Positions 51,862 to 62,588 of a DNA stretch of 64,000 nt are shown here, in pieces. The notes beneath the pieces are model-generated. The model searched no databases. It was not told where the DNA came from and saw only the letters and a list, made by a program, of their open reading frames with translations. The stretch lies in assembly GCA_963804165.1 (NCBI GenBank), contig CAWDPO010000043.1, positions 352,001-416,000 on the forward strand, in the 5' to 3' direction. How positions within the stretch are numbered: position 1 is the first letter of the stretch; every line of letters starts with the position of its first letter. The position numbers and the translations under genes were made by a program. Source of the DNA: an uncultured delta proteobacterium. GTDB taxonomy: Bacteria; Desulfobacterota; Binatia; UBA9968.

Positions 51862-52826
51862 GCGAAGAGCCAATCTCCATCGACGTGCTGAATATCGGCC
51901 GCGCCGTGCAAGCCGAGTTGCAGCGGGTGATCTACGGTCAAGCGGCCGCGATCCAAAGCCTGCTCGTCGCCATCACCGCTGGCGGCCACGTGCTGATCGA
52001 AGGCGTACCGGGCGTGGCAAAGACACTGCTCGCGCGCAGCCTTGCCGCGGCGCTGCGCTGTCGCTTTTCGCGCATCCAGTTTACGCCGGATCTTATGCCG
52101 TCGGATATCACCGGCGTGAATGTGTTCGACTTGGCGGCCCATGAGTTCCGCTTTCGTCCGGGTCCGCTGTTCGCCGATATCGTGCTGGCCGATGAAATCA
52201 ATCGCGCCCCGGCAAAGACCCAAGCCGCGCTGCTCGAGGCGATGCAGGAGCACCAGGTGAGTATCGATGGGCAAACCCACGAGCTGTCGACCTGCTTCAC
52301 CGTCCTGGCCACGCAGAACCCGATCGAATACGAGGGTACGTATCCGCTTCCCGAGGCGCAGTTGGATCGATTTCTCATGAAAGTCATCATCGATTATCCC
52401 GCCGAGGAAGATGAGCGGGCGATGTTGAAATCGGCCCAGACGCTGGGCGAAAAATCCGCACAACCCCACAGCATCATCCAAACGATCATCGGCCCTCAAG
52501 AAATCGCCCGGCTGCGCGCCGTGACCCACGCGGTCCGCGTGGACGAGACGGTTTTGGAATATGCGCTGCGGCTGATTCGCCAGTCGCGCGGCTTCCCGAG
52601 TCTAACTCTCGGCGCCAGTCCGCGCGCGGCCATCATGCTGCTACAGGCCGCCAAGGCGCTGGCTCTGCTGCGCGGCCACGATTATGTCACGCCGGATGAG
52701 ATTCAGCTCATGGCGCTCCCCGTTCTACGCCACCGCATCCGACTGACGCCGGAAGCGGAGATCGAAGGCTTGACGCCGGACGGCTGTATCCAATCTTTGC
52801 TCGCTCAAGTCGAGATTCCCCGGTAG
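51858..52826 (+). CDS. moxR: MoxR family AAA+ ATPase
   Basis: EGVPGVAKT, RIQFTPDLMPSD, DEINR, ATQNPIEYEGTYPLPEAQLDRF. Confidence 0.95.
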   Translation: MSEEPISIDVLNIGRAVQAELQRVIYGQAAAIQSLLVAITAGGHVLIEGVPGVAKTLLARSLAAALRCRFSRIQFTPDLMPSDITGVNVFDLAAHEFRFRPGPLFADIVLADEINRAPAKTQAALLEAMQEHQVSIDGQTHELSTCFTVLATQNPIEYEGTYPLPEAQLDRFLMKVIIDYPAEEDERAMLKSAQTLGEKSAQPHSIIQTIIGPQEIARLRAVTHAVRVDETVLEYALRLIRQSRGFPSLTLGASPRAAIMLLQAAKALALLRGHDYVTPDEIQLMALPVLRHRIRLTPEAEIEGLTPDGCIQSLLAQVEIPR

Positions 52827-52831
52827 CAAAA

Positions 52832-54160
52832 ATGATCGGCATTCTTTCGTTGATTCCCAGCTTGCGGTTGATTCGGCTGGTCGCGCTCGGCGCGCCGCTT
52901 TGGCCGCTCGCTCTGTTCGTTCCAGGAACATGGCTCGCCGGATTGTTTTATCTTGTGTTGTTGGCGGTGCTCTGCTGGCGCGATACGCGCACGATCCCGC
53001 GACCGTCCGACCTCGCCGCACGGCGCGAGTTGCCGCCCCGCTTCGCGCTCGGCGTCGACCACTCGGTCAAGCTCATTTTAGCCAATCGGGCGGCGCGCCC
53101 GGTCGTCGCCGTCGTGCGCGACGAGCTTCCCGACAGCTTCGAGTCGCGCACGGATTTGCCGTCCGTGCGAATTCCATCCCACGGCGAAGCGCAGCTGAAT
53201 TATGTCGTCCGGCCGCTCAAACGCGGCGCTCACCCGTTCGGCGCTGTGGTCCTGCGTGTGCACGGCGAGCGCGGTTTAATGCAGCGACAGATAGCGCTCG
53301 CGGTCGGCGATACTGCAAAGGTCTATCCCAATTTCCGCGGCGCCGATCAATACCAGCTCCTGGCGAAAATCGACCAACGCGAGGAAATCGCGCGCAAGCC
53401 CCGCCCGTTCAAAGCCGCGGGCACCGATTTTGAGAGTCTGCGCCTCTACATTTCCGGTGAGGATCCACGTAGCATTGATTGGAAAGCGACGGCGCGCCGC
53501 GGATCGCTGATAAGCCGGAACAAACAGGTGGAAAAAGGCCAACAGCTTGCCGTGCTTCTCGATGCCGGGCGCCTGATGGCGGAAACCATCGGTGAGCGTT
53601 CCCGGCTGGAACACACGCTGGACGCGACGGTCATGCTGAGTTACGTTGCGCAAAAGCGCGGTGACGCACTCGCCGTCGCCGCCTTTTCGAATAAGCTCGA
53701 ATCGTTCATGCCACCGGTGCGCGGTCCCGCTCTGCTACCCCGAGTTCTTGAATCGCTTTATGCCGTGCACGCGCGTCCGGTGGAATCCGACTATTGGCAA
53801 GTGATTGCCCAGGTGATGGCAATGCTGCGGCGGCGCAGCCTGGTCATCCTCTTGACCGATGTGCTGGATGCCACGGCCAGCGCGGGATTGGTTCATAATC
53901 TGGCACGGGCGGCGGAAAGGCACTTGGTCCTGTGTGTCGTCCTAACGGAACCTCAGATCGGCGCGATCGCCCGTTCGGTCCCTGCGACCGTCGAAGATAC
54001 CTATCGTAAAGCGGCCGCATGCGACCAGCTGCGCCGGCGCGGACTGGCGCTGGAAAACATGCGCTCTCGGGGTATTTTAGTTCTTGAGACCGATCCGGCG
54101 CACTTGAGCATCCATTTGGTCAAACGCTATCTGGAAATTCGCCAGGCGGATCTTCAGTAG
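52832..54160 (+). CDS. DUF58 domain protein
   Basis: VYP, DFESLR.Y..GED.R.IDWKATAR, LDAGR.M. Confidence 0.9.
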   Translation: MIGILSLIPSLRLIRLVALGAPLWPLALFVPGTWLAGLFYLVLLAVLCWRDTRTIPRPSDLAARRELPPRFALGVDHSVKLILANRAARPVVAVVRDELPDSFESRTDLPSVRIPSHGEAQLNYVVRPLKRGAHPFGAVVLRVHGERGLMQRQIALAVGDTAKVYPNFRGADQYQLLAKIDQREEIARKPRPFKAAGTDFESLRLYISGEDPRSIDWKATARRGSLISRNKQVEKGQQLAVLLDAGRLMAETIGERSRLEHTLDATVMLSYVAQKRGDALAVAAFSNKLESFMPPVRGPALLPRVLESLYAVHARPVESDYWQVIAQVMAMLRRRSLVILLTDVLDATASAGLVHNLARAAERHLVLCVVLTEPQIGAIARSVPATVEDTYRKAAACDQLRRRGLALENMRSRGILVLETDPAHLSIHLVKRYLEIRQADLQ

Positions 54161-54366
54161 CCGCGACGCCACCGGCGGCGATGGCACAGCCGAAGTGAAA
54201 GAAAAGATCCATCACGAGGTCGTGAAGTGCAATGAAATCTACAATCACACATCTATTCAAAACCTTCGTGAGCTGATGGTGAAAGAATGGTTCGTCGAAT
54301 CCTGCAACCTCGACGAACCATCGCAAGAAAATCTGCCCAAGCCGCGAAACTCTAAACGACAGTAAT

Positions 54367-55233
54367 ATGAACGAGAGTGTTTTTATTTCCACACCTGATC
54401 ACGTCACCCTCGAGTTCGAGCTGGCCGGCCCCGGTTCGCGCTTCTCCGCGTACGTGATCGATTTTATCTTTAGCGTCGTGTTGATCGTGGTCATCGTGCT
54501 GGCGCTCTATGCCGGTGGCGCGCTGGTCACCTTGCGATCGCTCGTGGGCGCGGCGCGAGGCAGTTCCTGGGGCGCATCTTGGATGTTGGCGCTGCTGGTG
54601 TTGATTATTTTTTTGATCAACTGGGGCTACTATGTTCTCTTTGAAGGACTGAGCAAAGGTTCGACGCCGGGGAAAAAGCGCGTCGGCATCCGCGTGATCC
54701 GCCAGGACGGATTGCCCATTGGGCTGCGCGAAGCGGCGCTGCGCAACTTGGTGCGCGCCGCCGACATGCTGCCGCCGCCTTCCTACATTTTGGGCGGCTT
54801 GGTCATGCATTTCGATCCGCAGGGCCGGCGCCTGGGCGATATGTTAGCCGGGACCTACGTGGTCGTCGAAAAATTTGATCTGGCCGCGCAGGGTGCGACC
54901 GGGGCCGCTTGGGCCAGCCGTGTCGAACAGGGACGCTCCCGGCAAGCGCTCACGCTGCCGCGCGGTGCGATCTCGCCGCAGCAGATCGGTTTGATCGAGC
55001 GCTTTCTCGCGCGCCGCCACGAGCTCTCCGAAGACCGGCGCGCGCAATTGGTCTGGCAGATCGTCGAGCCGTTGCTGACCGTGCTCGGCGAAGATCACGA
55101 TAGTTTAGCGCACCGGCAGGATCGCACGGAGCGCTGCGAACAGCTGCTCATGCAGGTCATCGAGCTGGCGCAGGCCAAAGCGCCGAACGTCGTGGTCGCG
55201 GAGAAAACAGCGCCACCCGCGGCGCTTTTCTAA
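54367..55233 (+). CDS. RDD family protein
   Basis: LAG.GSRF.AY.ID, TPGKK..GIRV, RLGDMLAGT.V. Confidence 0.9.
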   Translation: MNESVFISTPDHVTLEFELAGPGSRFSAYVIDFIFSVVLIVVIVLALYAGGALVTLRSLVGAARGSSWGASWMLALLVLIIFLINWGYYVLFEGLSKGSTPGKKRVGIRVIRQDGLPIGLREAALRNLVRAADMLPPPSYILGGLVMHFDPQGRRLGDMLAGTYVVVEKFDLAAQGATGAAWASRVEQGRSRQALTLPRGAISPQQIGLIERFLARRHELSEDRRAQLVWQIVEPLLTVLGEDHDSLAHRQDRTERCEQLLMQVIELAQAKAPNVVVAEKTAPPAALF

Positions 55234-55246
55234 GGCAGACCCGATC

Positions 55247-56233
55247 GTGCAAAACGCCGACGAAAAACTCGAACAATGGACGCAGTTCTACCGGCGCGCC
55301 CAAGTGATTTTGCAAGCCGGGCCGCGCGGATTGCGTAAGCTAACCGGTGCCGAGCTCACTCGACTGATCGATGACTATCAAGCGCTGACCGCGGATCTGG
55401 CGCGCGCTCGCTCGCTCGGCGCCGCGCGCGAAACCATCGACCAACTCAATCGCATCGCCGTCGCCGGCCACAACCTCATCTACGGGCAAATTCGGATGCG
55501 CGAAGACACCGCGACCTTGCGCGGTTTCGCTAGCTTTGCCACCGCGGTGCGCCGGCACGCGTGGGCCGTGGCGCTGGCCGCACTCATGTTCTTCGGGTCC
55601 GCGGTCATTTCTTTTGTCGCAGTCGAGCTCTATCCATCCTTGGCTTATGATCTGCTCTCAGACGAGTTTCTCGATTTCGATCCGGCTACTCCGGATAATC
55701 TGCACCACATTCCAAGTCTGGCGCGTCCGGTGGTTTCGTCGCTGATTATTTCCAACAACATTCAAGTCACGCTGCTGGCCTTCGGCTTCGGACTGACCGC
55801 GGGCATCGGCACAAGCTTGCTGCTGATCCTCAACGGCATCCACTTGGGCTCGGTCGCGGGCTGGATGAGCCTACACGGCAAAGACCGAGCTTTATGGGGC
55901 TGGATCATGCCGCATGGCGCGACTGAACTGCTGGCAATCTGCCTGGCCGGCGCGGCAGGTTATATACTGGCGAGCGCGATTATCGCTCCAGGGCAACTGC
56001 GCCGCGCGACGGCACTCAAACGAGTCGGCGGTCCAGCACTGACCATCGAGCTCGGCTGCATGGTGATGCTGGTGGTCGCGGGTTTGATTGAAGGCTTCGT
56101 TTCACCGAGCGCCATCGACTACGCCAGCCGCATCGCGGTGCTGCTTGCCAGCGTCGCGCTCTGGGCACTCTACTTTTTTGGCGCCGGCCGCAATCGCGGC
56201 GCGCCGCCGGCTGACGAGCCGCCGAGCAATTAG
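55247..56233 (+). CDS. SpoIIM family membrane protein
   Basis: DLARAR, NNIQV, NG..LG, PHGATEL, AGLIEGFVS. Confidence 0.9.
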   Translation: MQNADEKLEQWTQFYRRAQVILQAGPRGLRKLTGAELTRLIDDYQALTADLARARSLGAARETIDQLNRIAVAGHNLIYGQIRMREDTATLRGFASFATAVRRHAWAVALAALMFFGSAVISFVAVELYPSLAYDLLSDEFLDFDPATPDNLHHIPSLARPVVSSLIISNNIQVTLLAFGFGLTAGIGTSLLLILNGIHLGSVAGWMSLHGKDRALWGWIMPHGATELLAICLAGAAGYILASAIIAPGQLRRATALKRVGGPALTIELGCMVMLVVAGLIEGFVSPSAIDYASRIAVLLASVALWALYFFGAGRNRGAPPADEPPSN

Positions 56234-56314
56234 TTGGTCCCTTCACGACTTATCGATGTCCTTTAGACATGATCCTCTCGTCACCACTCCGCTAGTGAGC
56301 AAGAGAATTCGATA

Positions 56315-57946
56315 ATGACGCACTTGCACAAACGACTTCTCGCTTTGCTCGGCGTACTGATCCTGCTGCTCATCGTCACAACTCTCTTCTACATGTGGGG
56401 GATGACCTACGTCGAAGGCAAACCCCGGGGATTTTGGGACGCTCTGGAATGGGCGGGTGAGACCTTGTCGACGACCGGTTACGGCCGGGACTCCAACTGG
56501 AGCCATCCGCTCATGGTTTCCTATGTCGTGCTGGTGCAATTTGTCGGCGTGTTCCTGGTTTTTCTCGTCTTCCCAATTTACCTGCTGCCGTTTTTGGAAG
56601 AGCGCTTTGAAACTCGCTTGCCGAAGGAGATTCCCAGGCTAAAAGACCATGTCGTCATTTTCGATTACGGCCCAGCAGTGGCAACGCTGCTAACCGAATT
56701 GGAGCGCGCCGACATCGCCACCGTTGTCGTCGAGGAAGACGAGAACGATGCGCGCCGTCTGCACGAACAAAGGCACCGGGTGATCCACGGCAATCTCGAC
56801 GATGGAGTATTGCAAAAAACCTATCTGACACAAGCTCGCGCGCTCATCGTCAACAGCACCGATGACCGCAACGCCGCGACGATCCTTGCCGCGCGCCAGC
56901 TCGGCTTCAAAGGAGAAATCCTCGCGCTGGTCGAAGATCCTTATCATCGCGAGCCGATGATCCTGGCGGGCGCCAGCAGCGCGTACACGCCGCGACACGT
57001 GTTGGGCGCGGCGTTGGCGGCGCGGGCGAGTCAAAAAGTGAACCCGACGGTGGCCGGGATTCAACATCTCGGCCACAAACTCCAGGTCGGCGAGGCGCGC
57101 ATTACCCGCGACAGCGTGCTCGCCGGCAAAACACTCGCCGAAGCCAATCTCGGCCAGCACGCCGGCGTGACCGTGATCGGTCAGTGGATCGGCGGTAAGC
57201 TCACCACGCCGCCGACGCCGGCAATGCGTCTCGAACCCGGCGGCATTCTAGTGCTCGTCGGCAACGCGGAGAGCCTTCAACGCTTCATGAACCTTTGCGC
57301 CGGCGCGCGTCAGCTGCGCCGGCACGGGCCTTTTTTGATCGCCGGCAGCGGCGAAGTCGGACGCAAGGTCGCCGAGTTGTTGATCGACGCCGGCGAAGAG
57401 ACGTTCCTCATCGACACGCAGCCTGGCCCGGGCGTAAAGTTGGTCGGCAACGTGCTCGATACAAAAATACTAAAACAAGCGGGCATCGAAAACGTCCAAG
57501 CCGTGATCCTGGCGCTGAACGCCGACTCGACGACGCTCTTCGCCACGGTCATTTTCAAAGACCTGGCGCCGGACGTTCCCGTCATCGCGCGTGTAAACCG
57601 CGCGGAAAACGTCGAGCGGATTTATGCCGCCGGCGCCGACTTCGCGCTTTCGATTAGTCAAGTTTCGGGCCAACTCCTCGCTTGGCGACTGCTCGGTAAA
57701 GAATCGGTGACGGTCGATCCCGAGCTCCGCGTCATCAAAGTCTCGACGCGCGGCATAGAAAGTTATCATCCAAGCGACGCCGTTATCCGAGTCAAGTCCG
57801 GTTGTTCCGTCGTCGCCGTCGAGCGCGGCGAAGAATTGCTGGTGGAATTTGCTCCGGACTTTCGTTTCGAGGCCGGCGACTTCGTCTATATCTGCGGTAG
57901 CGCGGAGGCCGCCCAGAAATACTACGACGTTTTTCCACAGGAATAG
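56315..57946 (+). CDS. Potassium channel with tandem RCK (TrkA_N/TrkA_C) domains
   Basis: 2 TM segments plus TTGYG selectivity filter; GSGEVG Rossmann motif. Confidence 0.9.
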   Translation: MTHLHKRLLALLGVLILLLIVTTLFYMWGMTYVEGKPRGFWDALEWAGETLSTTGYGRDSNWSHPLMVSYVVLVQFVGVFLVFLVFPIYLLPFLEERFETRLPKEIPRLKDHVVIFDYGPAVATLLTELERADIATVVVEEDENDARRLHEQRHRVIHGNLDDGVLQKTYLTQARALIVNSTDDRNAATILAARQLGFKGEILALVEDPYHREPMILAGASSAYTPRHVLGAALAARASQKVNPTVAGIQHLGHKLQVGEARITRDSVLAGKTLAEANLGQHAGVTVIGQWIGGKLTTPPTPAMRLEPGGILVLVGNAESLQRFMNLCAGARQLRRHGPFLIAGSGEVGRKVAELLIDAGEETFLIDTQPGPGVKLVGNVLDTKILKQAGIENVQAVILALNADSTTLFATVIFKDLAPDVPVIARVNRAENVERIYAAGADFALSISQVSGQLLAWRLLGKESVTVDPELRVIKVSTRGIESYHPSDAVIRVKSGCSVVAVERGEELLVEFAPDFRFEAGDFVYICGSAEAAQKYYDVFPQE

Positions 57947-58041
57947 GCAAACCGTTGATCTGCCAAACGCGACTCGCGCATAGGGCGTTCAGTGATCCGT
58001 TCCAAGCGATCCTCTCGCGATCGCACCGGCACGAGTGAATC

Positions 58042-58680
58042 ATGGCACAGCCGAATTCGACTAGACGCCGCGTCCATTTTTCGATGCTTCGCAGCTACCA
58101 GTTGGCGGATCTGCTCACGCTCGCCAACGGCGCAGCCGGAACCGCCTCCGTTTTCGCCACCATGAGCTATCTGACGACGCCGGAGTATTGGCGCATCTAT
58201 CTGGCGCTCTTGTTATTGCCGTTGGCACTGATCCTCGACATCGCCGACGGCAAAGTCGCTCGCCGGCACCGGCAACAATCTCCTTTCGGCCAAGAATTGG
58301 ATTCCCTTGCGGACATCGTGAGCTTCGGCGTCGCGCCGGCCGCTCTCGCTTACGGCCTCGGCATGCGCGGCGCCATGGACGTGATTGTCCTTATCTATTT
58401 CGTCGCCTGCGGCATCAGCCGCTTAGCCCGCTATAATGTCACCGCCGGGGAACTCGCCGATGCCACCGGCAAAGTGAAATACTTCGAGGGCACGCCAATC
58501 CCGTCGAGCTTAATCCTGGTTGCCGTGCTGGCCCTGTGCGCTTACTTCGACCGCACGGGTGACGATTTGCCGCTCGGCGTAATCCAGCTGGGCGATGTCC
58601 GCTGGCATCCGCTCTCACTGTTATTTTTTATCAACGGCAGCACGATGATCAGCAAAACACTGCGTATCCCAAAGCTTTGA
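58042..58680 (+). CDS. pssA: CDP-diacylglycerol--serine O-phosphatidyltransferase family
   Basis: DIADGKVAR...G.ELDSLAD.VSFGVAPA, RLARYN, FEGTPIP. Confidence 0.85.
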   Translation: MAQPNSTRRRVHFSMLRSYQLADLLTLANGAAGTASVFATMSYLTTPEYWRIYLALLLLPLALILDIADGKVARRHRQQSPFGQELDSLADIVSFGVAPAALAYGLGMRGAMDVIVLIYFVACGISRLARYNVTAGELADATGKVKYFEGTPIPSSLILVAVLALCAYFDRTGDDLPLGVIQLGDVRWHPLSLLFFINGSTMISKTLRIPKL

Positions 58681-58755
58681 TTCGGCAAGGTTCGGCGTGC
58701 CGGCGGGAACTGGGAATTTGCGTGGTGATCCGCATTCCTGTAAACAGCAGCGAAG

Positions 58756-59727
58756 ATGAACCGCCAATTTGTGATCGGGTCGTGTGCACTGGCGGCACTT
58801 CTGGGCGCCGCCGAAATTTCCCGCGCTCAGGACCGAGTTCACGTCGCCATCTCGAATTTCTCCGCGTCCTACATTTCAATGCACATCGCGCAGAAGCGCG
58901 GCTTTTACGCCGAAGAAGGAATGAGGGTCGAAGTCATACTGATGGCCGGACTCACGAGTACCCGGGCATTGATTGGCAATAGCGTCGAATTTGGCTCGGC
59001 GAGCAATCCGACGGCGGCCGTGCAAGGCGCGAAGCTGAAAATCCTTATGGTGTTCAATGACAAACCGCCGGGAGGATTTATGGCGCAGCCGGGATTCAAG
59101 AATGTCGGCGAATTGCGCGGCAAACGCGTCGGCGGTTCGACGGTGGGCAGTTTGGACTACGGCTGGTTAAAAGAAGTACTGCCGAAGTTCGGCTTGCAAC
59201 TCGAGAAGGACGTCAACTTCGTTCCCGTCGGCTCGACCAGCTCCCGATATACGGCGCTGCGGGCGGGCAGCATCGATGCCGCATCGCTGAGTCCGCCATC
59301 GAGCCTGTTGGCCCAATCCGCGGGATTTCCTACTCTGTTTCGCTTCGCCGATCACTTGGAAGATATTCAAGCATCGATCGTCGCCACCGACGAGCGGCTC
59401 GCGCGCCAGGGTGATTTGGTGCGCCGCTTCATGCGCGCCACCGTCAAAGGCCAGCGTGTCTATCTGACGAATCGTCAAGCGGGGATCGTCGCGCTCATGG
59501 AGTTCACGCGCCAAACCGACCGCGAGCTCATGGCGCGCGTCTACGACGACCACATGAAAACCGTCGCGCGCGACGGCACGATTCCTGAACAGCTGCAGCG
59601 TATCGTCATCGATCGGAGCAAACGATTCACCGGCGTAACACGCGACGTCCGCCCCGAAGAGATTTTTGATTTTTCCTTTTTGAATCGCGCTCAAGCCGAA
59701 GTGGCACAGAGCGGCTGGACGCCGTAG
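58756..59727 (+). CDS. NitT/TauT substrate-binding protein
   Basis: GFYAEEG, LRGKRVG, RFMRA, FDFSFL. Confidence 0.85.
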   Translation: MNRQFVIGSCALAALLGAAEISRAQDRVHVAISNFSASYISMHIAQKRGFYAEEGMRVEVILMAGLTSTRALIGNSVEFGSASNPTAAVQGAKLKILMVFNDKPPGGFMAQPGFKNVGELRGKRVGGSTVGSLDYGWLKEVLPKFGLQLEKDVNFVPVGSTSSRYTALRAGSIDAASLSPPSSLLAQSAGFPTLFRFADHLEDIQASIVATDERLARQGDLVRRFMRATVKGQRVYLTNRQAGIVALMEFTRQTDRELMARVYDDHMKTVARDGTIPEQLQRIVIDRSKRFTGVTRDVRPEEIFDFSFLNRAQAEVAQSGWTP

Positions 59728-59826
59728 GTCCAGGGTTCTTTCCAGGCTCCGCGAGCGGGTATTGTTTTCGCCGCGCCCTTTGGAGAGGCCGCCGCGCAGC
59801 GGCGGGTGAGGGTAAACGGATCGGTT

Positions 59827-60759
59827 TTACTTCAACCAGCCGGTTTCTCGATACGCCTTGATCGCGCCCAGATGTAACGGCACGCCGCCGAATTCGAACG
59901 ACGCGGCGCCCTCGGTGCGCAATGGTTCAAACAAATTTTTCAATCCCTTGAACAACGGATTCATCTCCGGCAGCTTGTCCAGGTTGCCAACGATCGCCTT
60001 GGCCATGTCATGGACAACGTTTTCGGAAATTCTTTCGTGCGTGACCAGGACATTGATGACACCGACCTGTGTCACATTCTCCACCACGCCGCGGAAAGCA
60101 TTGTTTTCGATTACCACCGGACGATAAAACGGCACCTGCGCGAGGACTTTGTCGAGCTGGCCCGAGCCGAAGGGAACCACTCGAATATCGGCGCGCTGAC
60201 TCAGATCGGTCAACACTTTATTCGGGATCGGCGGATGGAATTGCACGTCGATCTCGCCGGCGGTCAACGCCTCCGCACCATCGACAAAACTCAAGTGCAC
60301 CGGCGTGAAGCTGTCGAAGGGAATCCCCAACGCGCCGAAGATCGTGTGGATGTGTTGCTCCATGCCGCTGCCTTTGGTGCCGATGGCGACGCGCTTGCCT
60401 TTGAAGTCAGCCACGGATTGAATCGGCGAGCTCGCCAGTTTGATAAAACACATCGGTCCCGCATTGGCCGGCGCGACCATGCGCACGGCGATCGGCTTGG
60501 TAAACGGCGCCACGGCATTTTTCGCGCGGCCGATCCAATTGGACGCCATGAAGCCGAATTCAAGCTCGCCGCGATCGAGCTGCTCGGCGTTATGGATGCT
60601 TGCATCGGTGGTTTCCACCGTGCACCGTTCATCTCCCGTATGATCGCGATTGAATAGCTCAGCCAATGCCAAGCCCTGGGTGTAAAACGTTCCGCCGTAT
60701 TCCGATGTGCCCATTCTCGCCGTCATAATCGTAGTCCCCGCTTTCTCTTTTTCGCTCAC
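59827..60759 (-). CDS. TAXI-family TRAP solute-binding protein (no evident signal peptide)
   Basis: GTSEYGGTFY, S..N, DFKGKRVAIG..GSG, VPLHLGA..Y. Confidence 0.85.
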   Translation of the reverse strand: MSEKEKAGTTIMTARMGTSEYGGTFYTQGLALAELFNRDHTGDERCTVETTDASIHNAEQLDRGELEFGFMASNWIGRAKNAVAPFTKPIAVRMVAPANAGPMCFIKLASSPIQSVADFKGKRVAIGTKGSGMEQHIHTIFGALGIPFDSFTPVHLSFVDGAEALTAGEIDVQFHPPIPNKVLTDLSQRADIRVVPFGSGQLDKVLAQVPFYRPVVIENNAFRGVVENVTQVGVINVLVTHERISENVVHDMAKAIVGNLDKLPEMNPLFKGLKNLFEPLRTEGAASFEFGGVPLHLGAIKAYRETGWLK

Positions 60760-60916
60760 TCCGTATCCAATTGTTCCCTCTTATACTACCTGGTCGGAAC
60801 GCTGCAAACCGCGATGAATTTGCGTGTTTGGATTCTACTTAAGAATCAACGCTGCCAGCCGATTTTCAGAAAGATAGGCCGCCAACCTTTCCCCAAGACG
60901 AAGGAAATCACGCAGC

Positions 60917-61567
60917 ATGTTCGTTGAAAAATGGATGACACCAAACCCGAAAACAATTCCACCCGATGCATCGATCTCTTACGTGGCGATGGAAATGAAC
61001 CGGCTCAAGTTCCGCCACTTTCCGGTGGCCGAACCGACGCAATCAGGTCAACGCCTGGTCGGCATCGTGTCAAAGTATGACATCGCCAGAGGTTTTCCCT
61101 CAAACCTCAACCCGTTCTCGCTAGAAGTGGTGGAAGATTCGGTAACCCGGCCGGTTTCATCGGTCATGACCAAAAAGGTTTTAACGACGACTCTCGATGG
61201 TCCTATCGAAGATGCGGCACGGACGCTGCGGAGCAATCGCATCGGCGCGCTGCCGGTGCTGCGGGAGAACAAGCTGATCGGCATCATTACCGAGTCCGAT
61301 GTCTTCGAAGCCTTCATCAACATGACCGCCGCAAAAAGTGGCGGCGTCCGTATTCTTGTCGAATCCGAATCGCCTGACAGTCCCGTGCCGACCGTGCTGC
61401 AACTCGGCCGCGATTATCGCGTCGATATCTTGAGCATGGTCGCTTTTCATGAGAATCGTCTGCGCGGTCAGGATCTGACGATCTTTCGTTTCGGCAAACG
61501 GCTTCCGGCTGGATTTCTCCAGGAAATCTCTAAAGCCGGTTATCGCATCGTCAGCCTCGAGGGGTGA
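60917..61567 (+). CDS. CBS-pair protein with C-terminal ACT-like domain (AcuB-like), copy 1
   Basis: MFVEKWMTPNP, FRH.PV, IGALPV, GIITESD. Confidence 0.85.
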   Translation: MFVEKWMTPNPKTIPPDASISYVAMEMNRLKFRHFPVAEPTQSGQRLVGIVSKYDIARGFPSNLNPFSLEVVEDSVTRPVSSVMTKKVLTTTLDGPIEDAARTLRSNRIGALPVLRENKLIGIITESDVFEAFINMTAAKSGGVRILVESESPDSPVPTVLQLGRDYRVDILSMVAFHENRLRGQDLTIFRFGKRLPAGFLQEISKAGYRIVSLEG

Positions 61568-61807
61568 AAACCGCGCTTGAACGGCGTGCCGCTCAATATC
61601 CGAGCGTACTGCTTCAGATCAGAAAATCCTGAGTCGGTCGATCGATCTGCGTAGCTAGGTGTGTGGCTCTGCCGGCCCAGCGCCTTCGCCAAAGTGCCGC
61701 TCCTTCCAGCGCCCCGGGTATTCATGCGCCGCTATAGTTCGTTCCTAAAATGCCGATTTTAGGTATTGACGCATTATAAATCTTGGGGCGAAGGAGTCCC
61801 GGCAACT

Positions 61808-62456
61808 ATGTTCGTTGAAAAATGGATGACGCCGAATCCGTTCACCCTGCCGCCTGACACGACGATTTCGGCGGCGGCGGCGGAGATGCGCCAGCACCAT
61901 TTTCGTCATCTGCTGGTGACCGAATCCAATCCGACCGGTAAAAGACTTCTCGGGCTTTTGGCAAAAGACAATATCGCGCGGGCATTTCCCAGCGACTACA
62001 ACCCATTTTCTCCGCAACCTATCGAAAAACTCGTTTCCCAACCGATCTCCACGATCATGATCCACAACGTGGCGACTGTGGAGCCGTATTGCGCTATTGA
62101 GGAAGCCGTGCACGTCCTGCGCACCCGCCGTATCAACGCGCTACCCGTCGTGCGCAACGGTAACCTCGTCGGGATCATCACTGAAACCGACATTTACGAC
62201 GCATTGTTGGACATGACCGGCACCAACGCCGCCGGAGTCAAGCTGATCGTGGAATCCGATGATGTCAAAAACGCGTTGCTGTCGATGGGGCAACTTTGTG
62301 ATCGCTATCAATTGCACTTGCTCAATGCGCTGTCGTTTCGCGACAAACTATCACCGAACAAAGTTGTCTCCGCGTTCCACTTTGCCGGCAAGACCAATTC
62401 CCACTTTGCCGACGATCTCCACAAACACGGCTTTCGCGTGCTGAAAAATCGACTGA
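61808..62456 (+). CDS. AcuB-like CBS protein, copy 2 (probable extra A at about 62447)
   Basis: Same motifs; removing one A from the AAAAA run gives LKID* at 62454-62456, matching the paralog lengths. Confidence 0.8.
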
Positions 62457-62588
62457 GCGTGCGTCCCACCGAGCGCATACTCAGTCGCTATCTGACCCGC
62501 ACAGAGACCCTCATTGTTATAGAAGTATTGCAGTTACCGATCTTAATCATCCGCAGCATTCGACCCGCGCGCTCCAGGAGTCAAAGGC

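Noticed and set aside
49119-56233. MoxR-DUF58-RDD-SpoIIM operon as a novel system
   Set aside because: This is a widespread, already recognised conserved gene cluster.
19368-60657. Long antisense ORFs (e.g. 19368..20273, 21180..22109, 32380..33144, 34623..35504, 51777..52529)
   Set aside because: Shadow frames of well-supported genes in GC-rich DNA, with no domain motifs.
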